A stretch of 64,000 nucleotides of DNA from Phycisphaeraceae bacterium (lineage in GTDB: Bacteria; Planctomycetota; Phycisphaerae; Phycisphaerales; Zrk34), in the NCBI GenBank assembly GCA_040905565.1, contig JBBDRF010000021.1, positions 32,001-96,000 of the forward strand, written 5' to 3'. The notes under the pieces were generated by a model that had not been told where the DNA came from, did no database searches, and worked only from the letters and a program-made list of their open reading frames with translations. Below, one piece after another: positions 51,717-60,695 of the stretch (position 1 is the first letter of the stretch; every line of letters begins with the position of its first letter). The translations under genes were made by a program, and so were the position numbers.

Positions 51717-52447
51717 TCGGCATGACCGCCTGGTGTGCTGCGATCGCCGGCGCTACCGCCTTCGGTGGACTCGGCTACGCAACGGCCTGGCCTCGGGCAC
51801 AGATTTATGGGCCGGTCATCAGCAGAGGCCCCGCTGGGTGCGGCAATCGCGTCGCACTCACTTTCGATGACGGGCCCCACACTCTCGGCACGCGCGGCGT
51901 CATGGAAGCGCTCGAAGCGGAGGGCGCCGTCGGCACCTTCTTCGTAATCGGCCGCTTCGTCACGCAGCAGCCCGACATCGTCCGAGAGCTTCACGCACGT
52001 GGCCACCTCGTCGGCAATCACACCTTCGACCATCATCACTGGGGAGCGATGCGCGGCAGGCGATATTGGTCGCAACAACTCCAGCGCACCAGCGACGTCA
52101 TCGAAGAAACGATCGGCAAGCGGCCTACGTTCTTCCGCCCGCCGATGGGCCTGAAGCAGCCGCACGTAATGCGTGCCGCTCAGGACAGTGGCTGTCGCGT
52201 TGTCACATGGCAACGCAGGGCGTGGGACGGCGTGCCGACGACTACGTCAAAAATCATCACACGCATCGCCGATCGTGCCTGGCCGGGCGACATACTCGCG
52301 CTGCATGATGGCGTCGACCCGTTCGGAAAACGTAACGTTGGCGAAACAGTCGCAGCCGTTCGGCCGATCGTTCAGCGACTCCGCGCACGCGGCCTGCAAC
52401 CGGTTCGTCTTGATACGTTGCTCACAGAAACGACGTCCGGCCGCTGA
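51713..52447 (+). CDS. Polysaccharide deacetylase (NodB/CE4)
   Basis: ALTFDDGP, GNHTFDH, FRPPMG and LALHD motifs. ATGA overlap. Confidence 0.9.
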   Translation: MIGMTAWCAAIAGATAFGGLGYATAWPRAQIYGPVISRGPAGCGNRVALTFDDGPHTLGTRGVMEALEAEGAVGTFFVIGRFVTQQPDIVRELHARGHLVGNHTFDHHHWGAMRGRRYWSQQLQRTSDVIEETIGKRPTFFRPPMGLKQPHVMRAAQDSGCRVVTWQRRAWDGVPTTTSKIITRIADRAWPGDILALHDGVDPFGKRNVGETVAAVRPIVQRLRARGLQPVRLDTLLTETTSGR

Positions 52448-52492
52448 TTCGCGCTCGGCCCCCGTGCGGCCGCGCTGTCTAACAACCGGCTG

Positions 52493-52828
52493 TTAATGCT
52501 CGGCATCGATCGCGGCCGATTCGCCTCGTGCCTTCATCCAGGGCCGGGTCAGAGCATAGCCCGCGAAACCGATCATCGCGGCCAGCATGCACACGCCAAG
52601 GGCCGCGAACACGCCCACGGTGCCCCAGACGGATAGGAGCGGACGCAGGGCGATCGGCGAGACGAATTGGCCGAAGAACAGCGCCATCGTCAACCCACCC
52701 ACGAACCGACCGCGGCTTGCCTCGGGGGCGTGGCTCATGAGCCAGACGTTGAGGTTGGGCATCAGCAAACCCAGGCCGAGGCCGGCGACCATCATGCCGA
52801 GCAGGACAACGGCGTAACTGACCGCCAT
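52493..52828 (-). pseudogene. C-terminal remnant of an MFS transporter
   Basis: GLGLGLLMPNLN...APEASRGRFVG...FFGQFVSP resembles the last MFS helices. Only 39 nt separate it from the upstream gene, leaving no room for the N-terminal two thirds. Confidence 0.65.
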
Positions 52829-52867
52829 GAACTATCCGGACGAAGAGGCCCGTCTTCTACATTAGGA

Positions 52868-54088
52868 CTATCGCTCGCCGTCATTAGAGCGTTCGAACCG
52901 TAGCTCGGCGAGATCGATGAACCGGTGCCAGTCGTAGGGCGTCAGGTTGTGGCCGCCGCTGCGGATGTGGTAGCCGAGCGGGCCGGTGTGCACAGGCTCA
53001 TCAACGTCAGGCATGGCGTCCGGTGAAAGCGGCTCGTGACCCCAGAGTGCATACACCGGCGAAGCGTGCGCGAGCGAGAGAAACTCGCCGCGTGGATCGG
53101 CCCAGATGTCGTCGCTGGCGCTGGCGACGTAGACGGTCCGCGGTGCGATCAGTGCCACCAGCATGTGCTGATCGAGGGGAAGGGCGTGTTCGCGATCGTT
53201 GTACGCGTTGAAGTTTTCGCAGAACCAGTGCGGGAACCGGTCGTTGATCTGCTTGATGCGCTCGCCGACCTGGCGCCGGCTCAACGCGGCGCCACCGCAC
53301 CCGGAGTTGTTTGAGACGATCATGGCGAAGCGTTCATCTTCCGCGCCGGCCCAGAGCGCCGCCTTGCCGCCGCGCGAGTGACCGACGAGCCCGACCTGCG
53401 TGGCCTCGATGTCGTCGGCAGTCTCGAAGTAATCCATTGCCCGACTGGCGCCCCAGCCCCACGCAGCGAGACCGGCCCACGCATCGCCCGGACGATCGTT
53501 CTGCCCGTCCTCGAACAGGTCGATCACGCCTTGCCGGAATGTGTCGGCCGAATCCGGCGCCAGTTCCCCGACCTGGATAGCTGCAATGCCGTAGCCGCGC
53601 TCGATGATCTCTTCAGCCGGCCAGAAGTCGGAACGCTCAGCTCGCGTCGGATCGGTCTGCTCCGGCCCGCGATTGTTCATCAGCAGGAACAGCGGCACCG
53701 GCCCGTCTGCATCGTTCGGCACGAAGACGATCAACTCGAACGCATGCTCACGGTCGTCAACGCCGCTGCGGATCTCGATGCGGCGGAGAGTGGCCTTGCC
53801 ATCCATCGCCTGATCGTCGTGTTCGATTTCATGGAAGGTAAGCGTCTGCGGCGCCCCCGGCCGCCGGCCGTAAACATGCTCACGAAAAAGTTCGAGCACC
53901 TCGCCCCTACGTTCCTGCGTCCATGCCTGCTTGCTCGCAACAGACCGGCCGGCGTTCATCTTCAGCGGATCGGGAAGCTGGTAAGCGGGAATCTCGATGT
54001 CCGCGTCGCCGTTCCACCCCGCAAAAGCTGCGACACCTAGCAGCAACGTGAGAAGTGCTGCACTGCTCGCCAAACCATATGGCATCAT
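52868..54088 (-). CDS. CE15-type (glucuronoyl/acetylxylan esterase-like) secreted esterase
   Basis: AWGWGASRAMDY, GHSRGGK nucleophile motif, SGCGGA, HWF and DQHMLVALIAPR. AGGAGG upstream of ATG 54088. Confidence 0.85.
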   Translation of the reverse strand: MMPYGLASSAALLTLLLGVAAFAGWNGDADIEIPAYQLPDPLKMNAGRSVASKQAWTQERRGEVLELFREHVYGRRPGAPQTLTFHEIEHDDQAMDGKATLRRIEIRSGVDDREHAFELIVFVPNDADGPVPLFLLMNNRGPEQTDPTRAERSDFWPAEEIIERGYGIAAIQVGELAPDSADTFRQGVIDLFEDGQNDRPGDAWAGLAAWGWGASRAMDYFETADDIEATQVGLVGHSRGGKAALWAGAEDERFAMIVSNNSGCGGAALSRRQVGERIKQINDRFPHWFCENFNAYNDREHALPLDQHMLVALIAPRTVYVASASDDIWADPRGEFLSLAHASPVYALWGHEPLSPDAMPDVDEPVHTGPLGYHIRSGGHNLTPYDWHRFIDLAELRFERSNDGER

Positions 54089-54265
54089 CGTCGGCCTCCT
54101 GTTTAAGATCCATCCGATCGCATGATGGCGCACCGGATGAAATTGGATTTCAGTTTTGGTACGCATTGTACACGTCAGACATATACAAAGCAGCGACTTC
54201 CAGTTCGCCCAACGAGAACCCGCTATCTCATGGATTGCCGGAGGTGTCGCCGATACGCTGGTGCG

Positions 54266-55072
54266 ATGTCGCCCTTATTGCCTGATGCTGATGTTCGACT
54301 TTCGCCGCGTTGCCGGGCGCGGATTGAGACGCTTTACGCGCGGTACCATCGCCACGAACACGTCGCACGCGATCCGCTGACCTGTGTTTACAGGTACGAC
54401 CATCTTGCCGATCGGGAGGTGGTGGGGCTCATCAGCGCCGTGCTGGCTTACGGGAATGTGAAGGCGATCCTGAGCGCGCTCGATACGGTGTTCGCACGCA
54501 TGGGTGAGCATCCGGCGGCTTACCTGCAAGATCGGACACCGGCAACGATCCGACGCCACTTCGCAGGCTTTCGGTATCGTGTGACCGGCGAGGCGGATTT
54601 CGTGGGGCTGCTGCTCGGGATGCGGAAGCTGCTGCCTGAGGGCCTGGGGCCGCGTGCGGATTGGAAGGCGGCCGAGCATCCGGCGCAATGGCCTGCGGGT
54701 CTGGTGGCGATGGGGGAGATGGTCGACCGGATCGTGGGGGAAGCAGGGCGGCCGCTGGGTCATCTGCTGCCGCATCCGGCGCGCGGGTCGGCATGCAAGA
54801 GATTAAATCTGTACTTCCGATGGATGGTGCGTTGTGATGCGATCGACCCGGGCGGATGGAAGGGATTGGAGCCTGCCGATCTGGTGGTGCCGCTGGATAC
54901 GCATCTGCATCGCGTCGCGGTGACGCTGGGCCTGACACGCCGAAAGCAGGCGAATCTCGCAGCAGCGATCGAGGTGACGGCCGGGCTGCGCCAGATTGAT
55001 CCGGTCGATCCGCTACGTTTCGATTTTGCCCTGACGCGGCCCGGGATACTGAAAGAGGCGTGGCGAGTTTGA
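54266..55072 (+). CDS. TIGR02757/DUF2400 family protein
   Basis: [35 protein letters not shown] and DPLRFDFAL motifs. Confidence 0.85.
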   Translation: MSPLLPDADVRLSPRCRARIETLYARYHRHEHVARDPLTCVYRYDHLADREVVGLISAVLAYGNVKAILSALDTVFARMGEHPAAYLQDRTPATIRRHFAGFRYRVTGEADFVGLLLGMRKLLPEGLGPRADWKAAEHPAQWPAGLVAMGEMVDRIVGEAGRPLGHLLPHPARGSACKRLNLYFRWMVRCDAIDPGGWKGLEPADLVVPLDTHLHRVAVTLGLTRRKQANLAAAIEVTAGLRQIDPVDPLRFDFALTRPGILKEAWRV

Positions 55073-55191
55073 TGCGCGCACGCAACGATGGGGCGGTTAG
55101 CGGGGGGGTGGGGGTCGTGTTAAAATGCTGGGCTTGTTGGAAATTCACGAACCTTTGTAGATGCCCTGGGGACAGCGGGGCGAGGATAGCT

Positions 55192-56385
55192 ATGCCGAAG
55201 AAAACGATTGCGGACGTTGATGTGGCGGGTAAGACGGTTTTGATGCGCGTCGATTTCAATGTGCCTCTGGACGATGGGCGGATCACCGACGAACGCCGGG
55301 TCCGCATGGCGTTGCCTTCGATCAAGAGCGTGATCGAGCGCGGCGGCCGCGTGGTGCTGATGAGCCATCTGGGTCGACCCAAGGGCGAAGGTGCCGAGCC
55401 GGAGTTCAGCCTGAAGCCGGTCGCCGACCGTCTGGGTGAACTGCTGGGTAAGCCTGTCGCGTTCGCGTCGGATTGCATCGGCGACGAAGCGAAGCAGAAG
55501 GCCTCGGCACTGAACGACGGCGAGGTGCTGCTGCTTGAGAACCTGCGTTTCCACAAGGGCGAGAAGAAGGGCGATGAGAACTTCGCCGCTCAGCTTGCGG
55601 AACTGGCGGACATTTACTGCTCCGATGCATTCGGGACGGCCCACCGTAAGGATGCTTCGATGTACGCCGTGCCGCGTGCGATGGAGGGCAAGCCTCGCGT
55701 CGTCGGCTTCCTGATGGAGAAGGAGATCGCGTACCTCTCCGAAGCGGTGGCGAACCCGAAGCGGCCGTTCGTGGCGATCCTCGGCGGCGCGAAAGTGTCC
55801 GACAAGATCAACGTCATTCAGAACCTGCTGGGCATCTGCGATAAGGTGCTTATCGGCGGGGCGATGGCCTATACCTTCGCGCTGGCGCAGGGCGGCAAGG
55901 TCGGCGGCAGCCTCGTGGAGAAGGACAAGGTCGACCTTGCCAAGCAGCTCGTTGCCGAGGGCGGCGAGAAGCTCGTGCTCCCCGTCGATACCCACGCCGG
56001 CGACGATTTCAGCGGCGACTGCAACAAGAAGATCGTCGACGCAGGCGAAATTCCCGACGGCTTCGAAGGACTGGACATCGGCCCGAAGACGGCTGAGCAG
56101 TACGCTGCGATCATCAAGGATTCAAAAACCGTCGTCTGGAACGGGCCGATGGGCGTGTTCGAGATGCCGCCGTTCGATATCGGCACCAACACCGTCGCCG
56201 ACGCGATCGTGCAAGCCACGGCCGGCGGCGCGACGACCATCATCGGCGGCGGCGACAGTGCTGCGGCAATCGAACAGGCCGGCCTGGCGGACAAGGTGTC
56301 GCACGTCTCCACCGGCGGCGGGGCAAGCCTGGAGATGCTCGAAGGCAAGAAGTTCGCCAGCGTGGAACTGCTGGACGATCAATAA
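55192..56385 (+). CDS. pgk: Phosphoglycerate kinase
   Basis: [37 protein letters not shown] and [10 protein letters not shown] motifs. Confidence 0.97.
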   Translation: MPKKTIADVDVAGKTVLMRVDFNVPLDDGRITDERRVRMALPSIKSVIERGGRVVLMSHLGRPKGEGAEPEFSLKPVADRLGELLGKPVAFASDCIGDEAKQKASALNDGEVLLLENLRFHKGEKKGDENFAAQLAELADIYCSDAFGTAHRKDASMYAVPRAMEGKPRVVGFLMEKEIAYLSEAVANPKRPFVAILGGAKVSDKINVIQNLLGICDKVLIGGAMAYTFALAQGGKVGGSLVEKDKVDLAKQLVAEGGEKLVLPVDTHAGDDFSGDCNKKIVDAGEIPDGFEGLDIGPKTAEQYAAIIKDSKTVVWNGPMGVFEMPPFDIGTNTVADAIVQATAGGATTIIGGGDSAAAIEQAGLADKVSHVSTGGGASLEMLEGKKFASVELLDDQ

Positions 56386-56451
56386 AGCTCGGTGCGGTAG
56401 CCGGGCATGACGCGGAGCCGTAACGCGCGGCACCTGATGAGGGAGCGTTTC

Positions 56452-56727
56452 ATGCTCGGCTGGTGGATCTATCTCGCGACGCTGGCGCTGATGAGCGTGA
56501 CGACGTTCGCCATGTATGCCTGGGACAAACGGCAGGCACGCCGAGGCGCCTGGCGCGTGGCGGAATCAACCCTGCAGGCTCTCGCGCTGCTGGGCGGATG
56601 GCCGGGCGCGCTCACCGGTAGGCATCTGCTGAGGCACAAGACGCGCAAAGGCGGCTTCACCGCCATCCTCTATCTGATCGTGGCGGTGCATGTCGCGGCC
56701 GTGGTGGCGGCGATGTGGCTTTTGTGA
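56452..56727 (+). CDS. DUF1294 membrane protein
   Basis: YAWDKRQA..WRVAESTL..LLGGWPGA..RHKTRK motif. Confidence 0.88.
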   Translation: MLGWWIYLATLALMSVTTFAMYAWDKRQARRGAWRVAESTLQALALLGGWPGALTGRHLLRHKTRKGGFTAILYLIVAVHVAAVVAAMWLL

Positions 56728-56816
56728 ACTTCCCACGGCGGTACGCCCTGACGATCGAAGGAGCTATGATCGTGCGGTCACGTTAAACGCCCTGCGGGGG
56801 CTGTCGGAAAGGTGCG

Positions 56817-59162
56817 ATGATGAGTCAGGCAACGCATGCAGTGAAATGGTCGATGGTGGGGGCGATGCTTCTGACGCTCTCGATGAGTCAGGCTCTGGCG
56901 CAGGACGTCACGGCTGAGGCTTTGGCGGGGTATCGGCTGGCGACGGGGGCGCGGGCGGTGCTTGAGCGGGCCGAGGTGCTCGATTCGCCCCACGCGCAGC
57001 TTGCGGAGGAACTGTTGGCGATGGCGGTGACCCAGCGTGCGACCGATCAACACGCATGGCATCTGCGTCTTGAAGCGGCCGAAATGGTCGGTGACCTCAC
57101 CACGCTGCGCGCGACGCTTGGCAACTATCTGCAGCAGTATCCGCGGGACGATACAGCCCAGCTTCGGCTGATCGATCTGCTCGCATCGGAAGAGGCGAAT
57201 GTCGCCGACCGTATCGCGATGTACGAACGGCTCCTGCAGGGCTCGCGGGCGGATCGATTGAGCCCCGCGCTGCGCAGCCGCGTGGCGTATCGGGCGGCGG
57301 TGCTCTACCGGGAGCAGGGGCGCACCCGCGGCTACGCCGAACGGCTGCAGGATGCACTCACACTGGATGAATCCAACCCTGCTGCGGCAGCGGAGGCGCT
57401 CTCGTTCCTTCAACAGCGTGGAGCCGATCGTGTCGAGATCATGCAGGCGTTGCTGACCTTGCTCGCCGCCGATCCCGGCAACAGCGCCACGCATGAGCGC
57501 ATCGCCCGGGAACTGCTCGCAGCTGGCTTGTACGAACAGGCAGCAACCTGGTACGGGGCCGTCAGCCATCTTTGGGAAGTGGAGGGGGCTCCGGATCAAG
57601 ACGCGGTCATGTCGATCGTTTACGAGTGGACGCTGGCGCTGTGGGGCGCCAACCGCCGCAGCGAGGCGATGGGCCTGATCGATGCGTTCGCCGATGCGGT
57701 GGGCTTGGAGGACGTGGCCAACCTGCCGGTGGGATTGCAGACGTTACGCGTGGCGATGCTGCAATCGCAGGAGGACGATCAGCAGGCAGCGGAGGCCTTT
57801 GAAACCCTAACGGCCGCGCTACGTGCGCGTCACGAGGATGATCCGGAAAACGCTGATCACCTGGCGGATCTAGCCTGGGCCCACCTGCTGCTGGGCGAGG
57901 GCGACGACGTGTCCGCCATGATGCAGAAGCTTGAAACGATGCTTCCGTTGGACGATCCCACGATGCGCCGCCTACGCATCTGGCACGCTGCACGGCAGGG
58001 CGATGCCGAGGAAGCACGCGAGATTTTCGCCGAGGCCGACCAGCCGACCGCGATGGAACAACTCGGCGTGCATCTTGCCGAATCGGCGCAGATGAGCCGC
58101 GAGGAGCAGGTGCAGGCTTTGACAGCTATTTATGAGTCAGCTGCCGATCGACTGGCAGGCGTGTGGGCCGCGGACCGCCTGCGGAAGCTGAACTCCCGCC
58201 CGCAGCCCAGCGGCGAAGCACGCACCATCGGTCGACTCGTGCAGGCGGTGCCCGGCGTGCTGCGTGAGGGCGCCGCCGTGCCCGGCGAACTGACCCGCCT
58301 CACCGTCAGCCCCGTCAGTCGTCGGCTCGATTACGGTCAGCCCGTTCAGCTTGAAGTCGACCTGGCGAACCGCAGCAGCGTCCCCCTCAGCCTCGGCTCC
58401 GACGGGGCCGTGGCCGCGACCGTGATGCTCGTGCCGCAGGTGCGCATCGGCGACGGAGAAACGATCTCCCTCAGTCCGCAGTTCGTCGCCATGGATCGTC
58501 GGCTTCGCCTTGAGGCCGGCCGCACGGTCCGGGTGCGGACGCGGCTGGATCAACCTGACCTCGTCGCCCTGCTCAATGAGCATCCGGACGAGGCGATCGC
58601 GCTTTCCGTGCTGGCGGTGCTCAACCCGGTACTGGTCGAGGATGGCCGATTCCTGCCAGGCATGTTCGGCACCGCAATGGATGTGCCCTCCATCGTCCGC
58701 ACGCGGGTCAGGCCTTCGCAGGAGAACGCCGAGGCACTGGCCGAAAGGCTGAGTGCTGACGACCCCACGGTTCGCTTTTACAGTGCCGCCCGACTGATCG
58801 CCCTGGCAGCAGAGGCAGAACAAGCGGGGGGGCAGCCTATATCGGATCGCAGCATGGAAGCGGTCGAAGCGTTCTATGCCGAGCAGAGCCCCGCCGGGCG
58901 GGCGTTCCTGATCAGCTATGTCGTCAGCGATGCCGTGGCCGGGGCGGAGAGTGTCGCCTTTGAACAGTTGCTGGAACGCGCACGCACCGATGAGGCCGAC
59001 CTCGTCCAGGTGATGCTGCTGACAGCAGGGGAGATGCCCGATCCGATCGCACTGGAAGTGGCCCTCGCGCGAGAGCAGAACGCCGTCGGTCGCATCGCCC
59101 GGCTCGTCGAGCAGACGATGAAAGACGCCGATGAACCAGCCGCCGACGAACCCGGCAAATGA
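56817..59162 (+). CDS. Large secreted hypothetical protein, helical/TPR-like N-terminal region
   Basis: 781-aa ORF with a signal peptide (ALA), Ala/Leu/Glu-rich helical repeats and a beta-rich insert near the C-terminus. Confidence 0.65.
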   Translation: MMSQATHAVKWSMVGAMLLTLSMSQALAQDVTAEALAGYRLATGARAVLERAEVLDSPHAQLAEELLAMAVTQRATDQHAWHLRLEAAEMVGDLTTLRATLGNYLQQYPRDDTAQLRLIDLLASEEANVADRIAMYERLLQGSRADRLSPALRSRVAYRAAVLYREQGRTRGYAERLQDALTLDESNPAAAAEALSFLQQRGADRVEIMQALLTLLAADPGNSATHERIARELLAAGLYEQAATWYGAVSHLWEVEGAPDQDAVMSIVYEWTLALWGANRRSEAMGLIDAFADAVGLEDVANLPVGLQTLRVAMLQSQEDDQQAAEAFETLTAALRARHEDDPENADHLADLAWAHLLLGEGDDVSAMMQKLETMLPLDDPTMRRLRIWHAARQGDAEEAREIFAEADQPTAMEQLGVHLAESAQMSREEQVQALTAIYESAADRLAGVWAADRLRKLNSRPQPSGEARTIGRLVQAVPGVLREGAAVPGELTRLTVSPVSRRLDYGQPVQLEVDLANRSSVPLSLGSDGAVAATVMLVPQVRIGDGETISLSPQFVAMDRRLRLEAGRTVRVRTRLDQPDLVALLNEHPDEAIALSVLAVLNPVLVEDGRFLPGMFGTAMDVPSIVRTRVRPSQENAEALAERLSADDPTVRFYSAARLIALAAEAEQAGGQPISDRSMEAVEAFYAEQSPAGRAFLISYVVSDAVAGAESVAFEQLLERARTDEADLVQVMLLTAGEMPDPIALEVALAREQNAVGRIARLVEQTMKDADEPAADEPGK

Positions 59163-59312
59163 ACCCAACGCCCGGCTGTTCTCAGCACGGCCAACCCACC
59201 GCGGGAAGTGACGCTAATCTGGTCATTACCCGCAGATGCTCGGGGACCCAGGCGGGCGTTTTCCTGGGGTGAAAAAGCCGCTTTAAAAAAGTGCGTGGTG
59301 CGATAACTTCTC

Positions 59313-59340
59313 TTGACATAGATGCAGGGTGTGATAGCAT
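59313..59340 (+). promoter_or_regulatory. Strong sigma70-type promoter
   Basis: TTGACA-16 nt-TAGCAT with extended -10 TG and an A-tract upstream. Confidence 0.65.
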
Positions 59341-59670
59341 GACAAAGGTAAGGAAACAGCGGTAGGTTATACCGTGATGTTTCAAACCTGCTGTCGCGAT
59401 CAGCCTCGACGTCGAGGCCCGCGAACAAGTCAGCACGACGATGTGTTTCCGTCGGTGGCGTCGATCAGCAGTGTGTTCGTTTAAGGTGTTCGTCTAAGCG
59501 AGTTGGTAAGCAGGAAAAGCCGTTTTTGGTCAAGATTCATCCATCCCGTCAGTCCAGTTCGGTTCTCGGACGAAGCTCGTCGGAAAACCGTCTGCGTTTT
59601 GACCCCAACGGAACTTGCCTGTCATCGTCATCATTCTTTTTTTCCATCGTTCCTTGAAGGAGCCACTGCT

Positions 59671-60612
59671 ATGAAACGTCGTCTTGGATTCACACTCATC
59701 GAATTGCTGGTGGTCGTTGCGATCATCGCGCTGCTGATCGGCATTCTGTTGCCGTCGCTGCAGCGTGCTCGCGAAGCCGCCAACCGGACCGTGTGTGGTG
59801 CAAACCTCCGCGGTATTCACCAGTCCATGTCCATCTACGCCATCGGCAACCGTGACAAGTTTCCGCGTTACGCCGGCTCAGGCGCCAGCGGCGAAGCGAC
59901 AGGCTTCGACACCAGCGCCAACGGCCGCTCGGTTGACCTGAGCGACTCCCCCCCGGATCCCATCGAGTTCGAGGACAACATGACCGCAGCCCTGTGGCTG
60001 ATGATCCGCGACGGTTCGTCGCAGACCGGCAGCTTCATCTGCAACTCGCAGCGTAATGGCGAAGTTGACCCGATCACCATGCTCGACGGCTCGAACAACT
60101 ACGATCTCGATCAGCCGCTCGCCGTGCGTGACACGTACGACTTCGCGCTGCCCCGTAGCCTCAGCTACTCCAGCATCAACATGTACGATGCCGTCACCGG
60201 CAACAACTGGGACGCTCGCGTCGAGCCCGAGTGGATCCTGATGTCCGACGACAACAACGCCACCGGCCAAGGCCCTGGCACCGGCACCGGTACCCCGCAT
60301 ACCCACGAGGAAAACAGCGGCGCGACTCGCGACGAGATTCAGCGTGAAGAGAACTCGCAGAATCACGCTGAGGGTGCGGGCCAGAACTTCCTGTTCGGCG
60401 ACGGTCACGTTGAGTACACCAACGATCCGTTCGTCGGCCCCGAAGACTTCAACACCGAGGAACGCGACAACGTGTTCGCCAACGACGGCTCCGCGCCGAC
60501 GCTCTCCAACGGCGACAGCGACCAGGAAACGTCCTACCGCAACGTCGTGCTCATCCCCGTCACCGGCGTCACCGAGAGCCTCTCGGGCGGCACCGGCACC
60601 GGCACGCCGTAA
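59671..60612 (+). CDS. Prepilin-type N-terminal cleavage/methylation protein (DUF1559-like)
   Basis: [38 protein letters not shown] and [24 protein letters not shown]. Confidence 0.92.
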   Translation: MKRRLGFTLIELLVVVAIIALLIGILLPSLQRAREAANRTVCGANLRGIHQSMSIYAIGNRDKFPRYAGSGASGEATGFDTSANGRSVDLSDSPPDPIEFEDNMTAALWLMIRDGSSQTGSFICNSQRNGEVDPITMLDGSNNYDLDQPLAVRDTYDFALPRSLSYSSINMYDAVTGNNWDARVEPEWILMSDDNNATGQGPGTGTGTPHTHEENSGATRDEIQREENSQNHAEGAGQNFLFGDGHVEYTNDPFVGPEDFNTEERDNVFANDGSAPTLSNGDSDQETSYRNVVLIPVTGVTESLSGGTGTGTP

Positions 60613-60641
60613 TGATTGTGTTGATCTAGCTTGATTTTTAA

Positions 60642-60676
60642 GAACCGGTCGCCGAGAGGCGGCCGGTTCCTTTTTT
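60642..60676 (+). terminator. Rho-independent terminator
   Basis: Stem GAACCGGTCGCC / GGCGGCCGGTTC with GAGA loop, followed by CTTTTTT. Confidence 0.85.
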
Positions 60677-60695
60677 GGCTTGTACAATATCTGCC

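Larger units (their letters stand above)
38244..52447 (+). other. Putative aryl-polyene-type (xanthomonadin/flexirubin-like) lipid biosynthetic gene cluster
   Basis: Co-oriented genes, mostly with overlapping start/stop codons, encoding chorismatase, ligase, ACP, KS/CLF, dehydratase, halogenase-like enzyme, acyltransferase, GT2, LolA-like, MMPL and deacetylase. Confidence 0.8.

Noticed and set aside
59503..59670. N-terminal extension of the pilin-like ORF
   Set aside because: A strong RBS and a canonical short prepilin leader place the start at 59671
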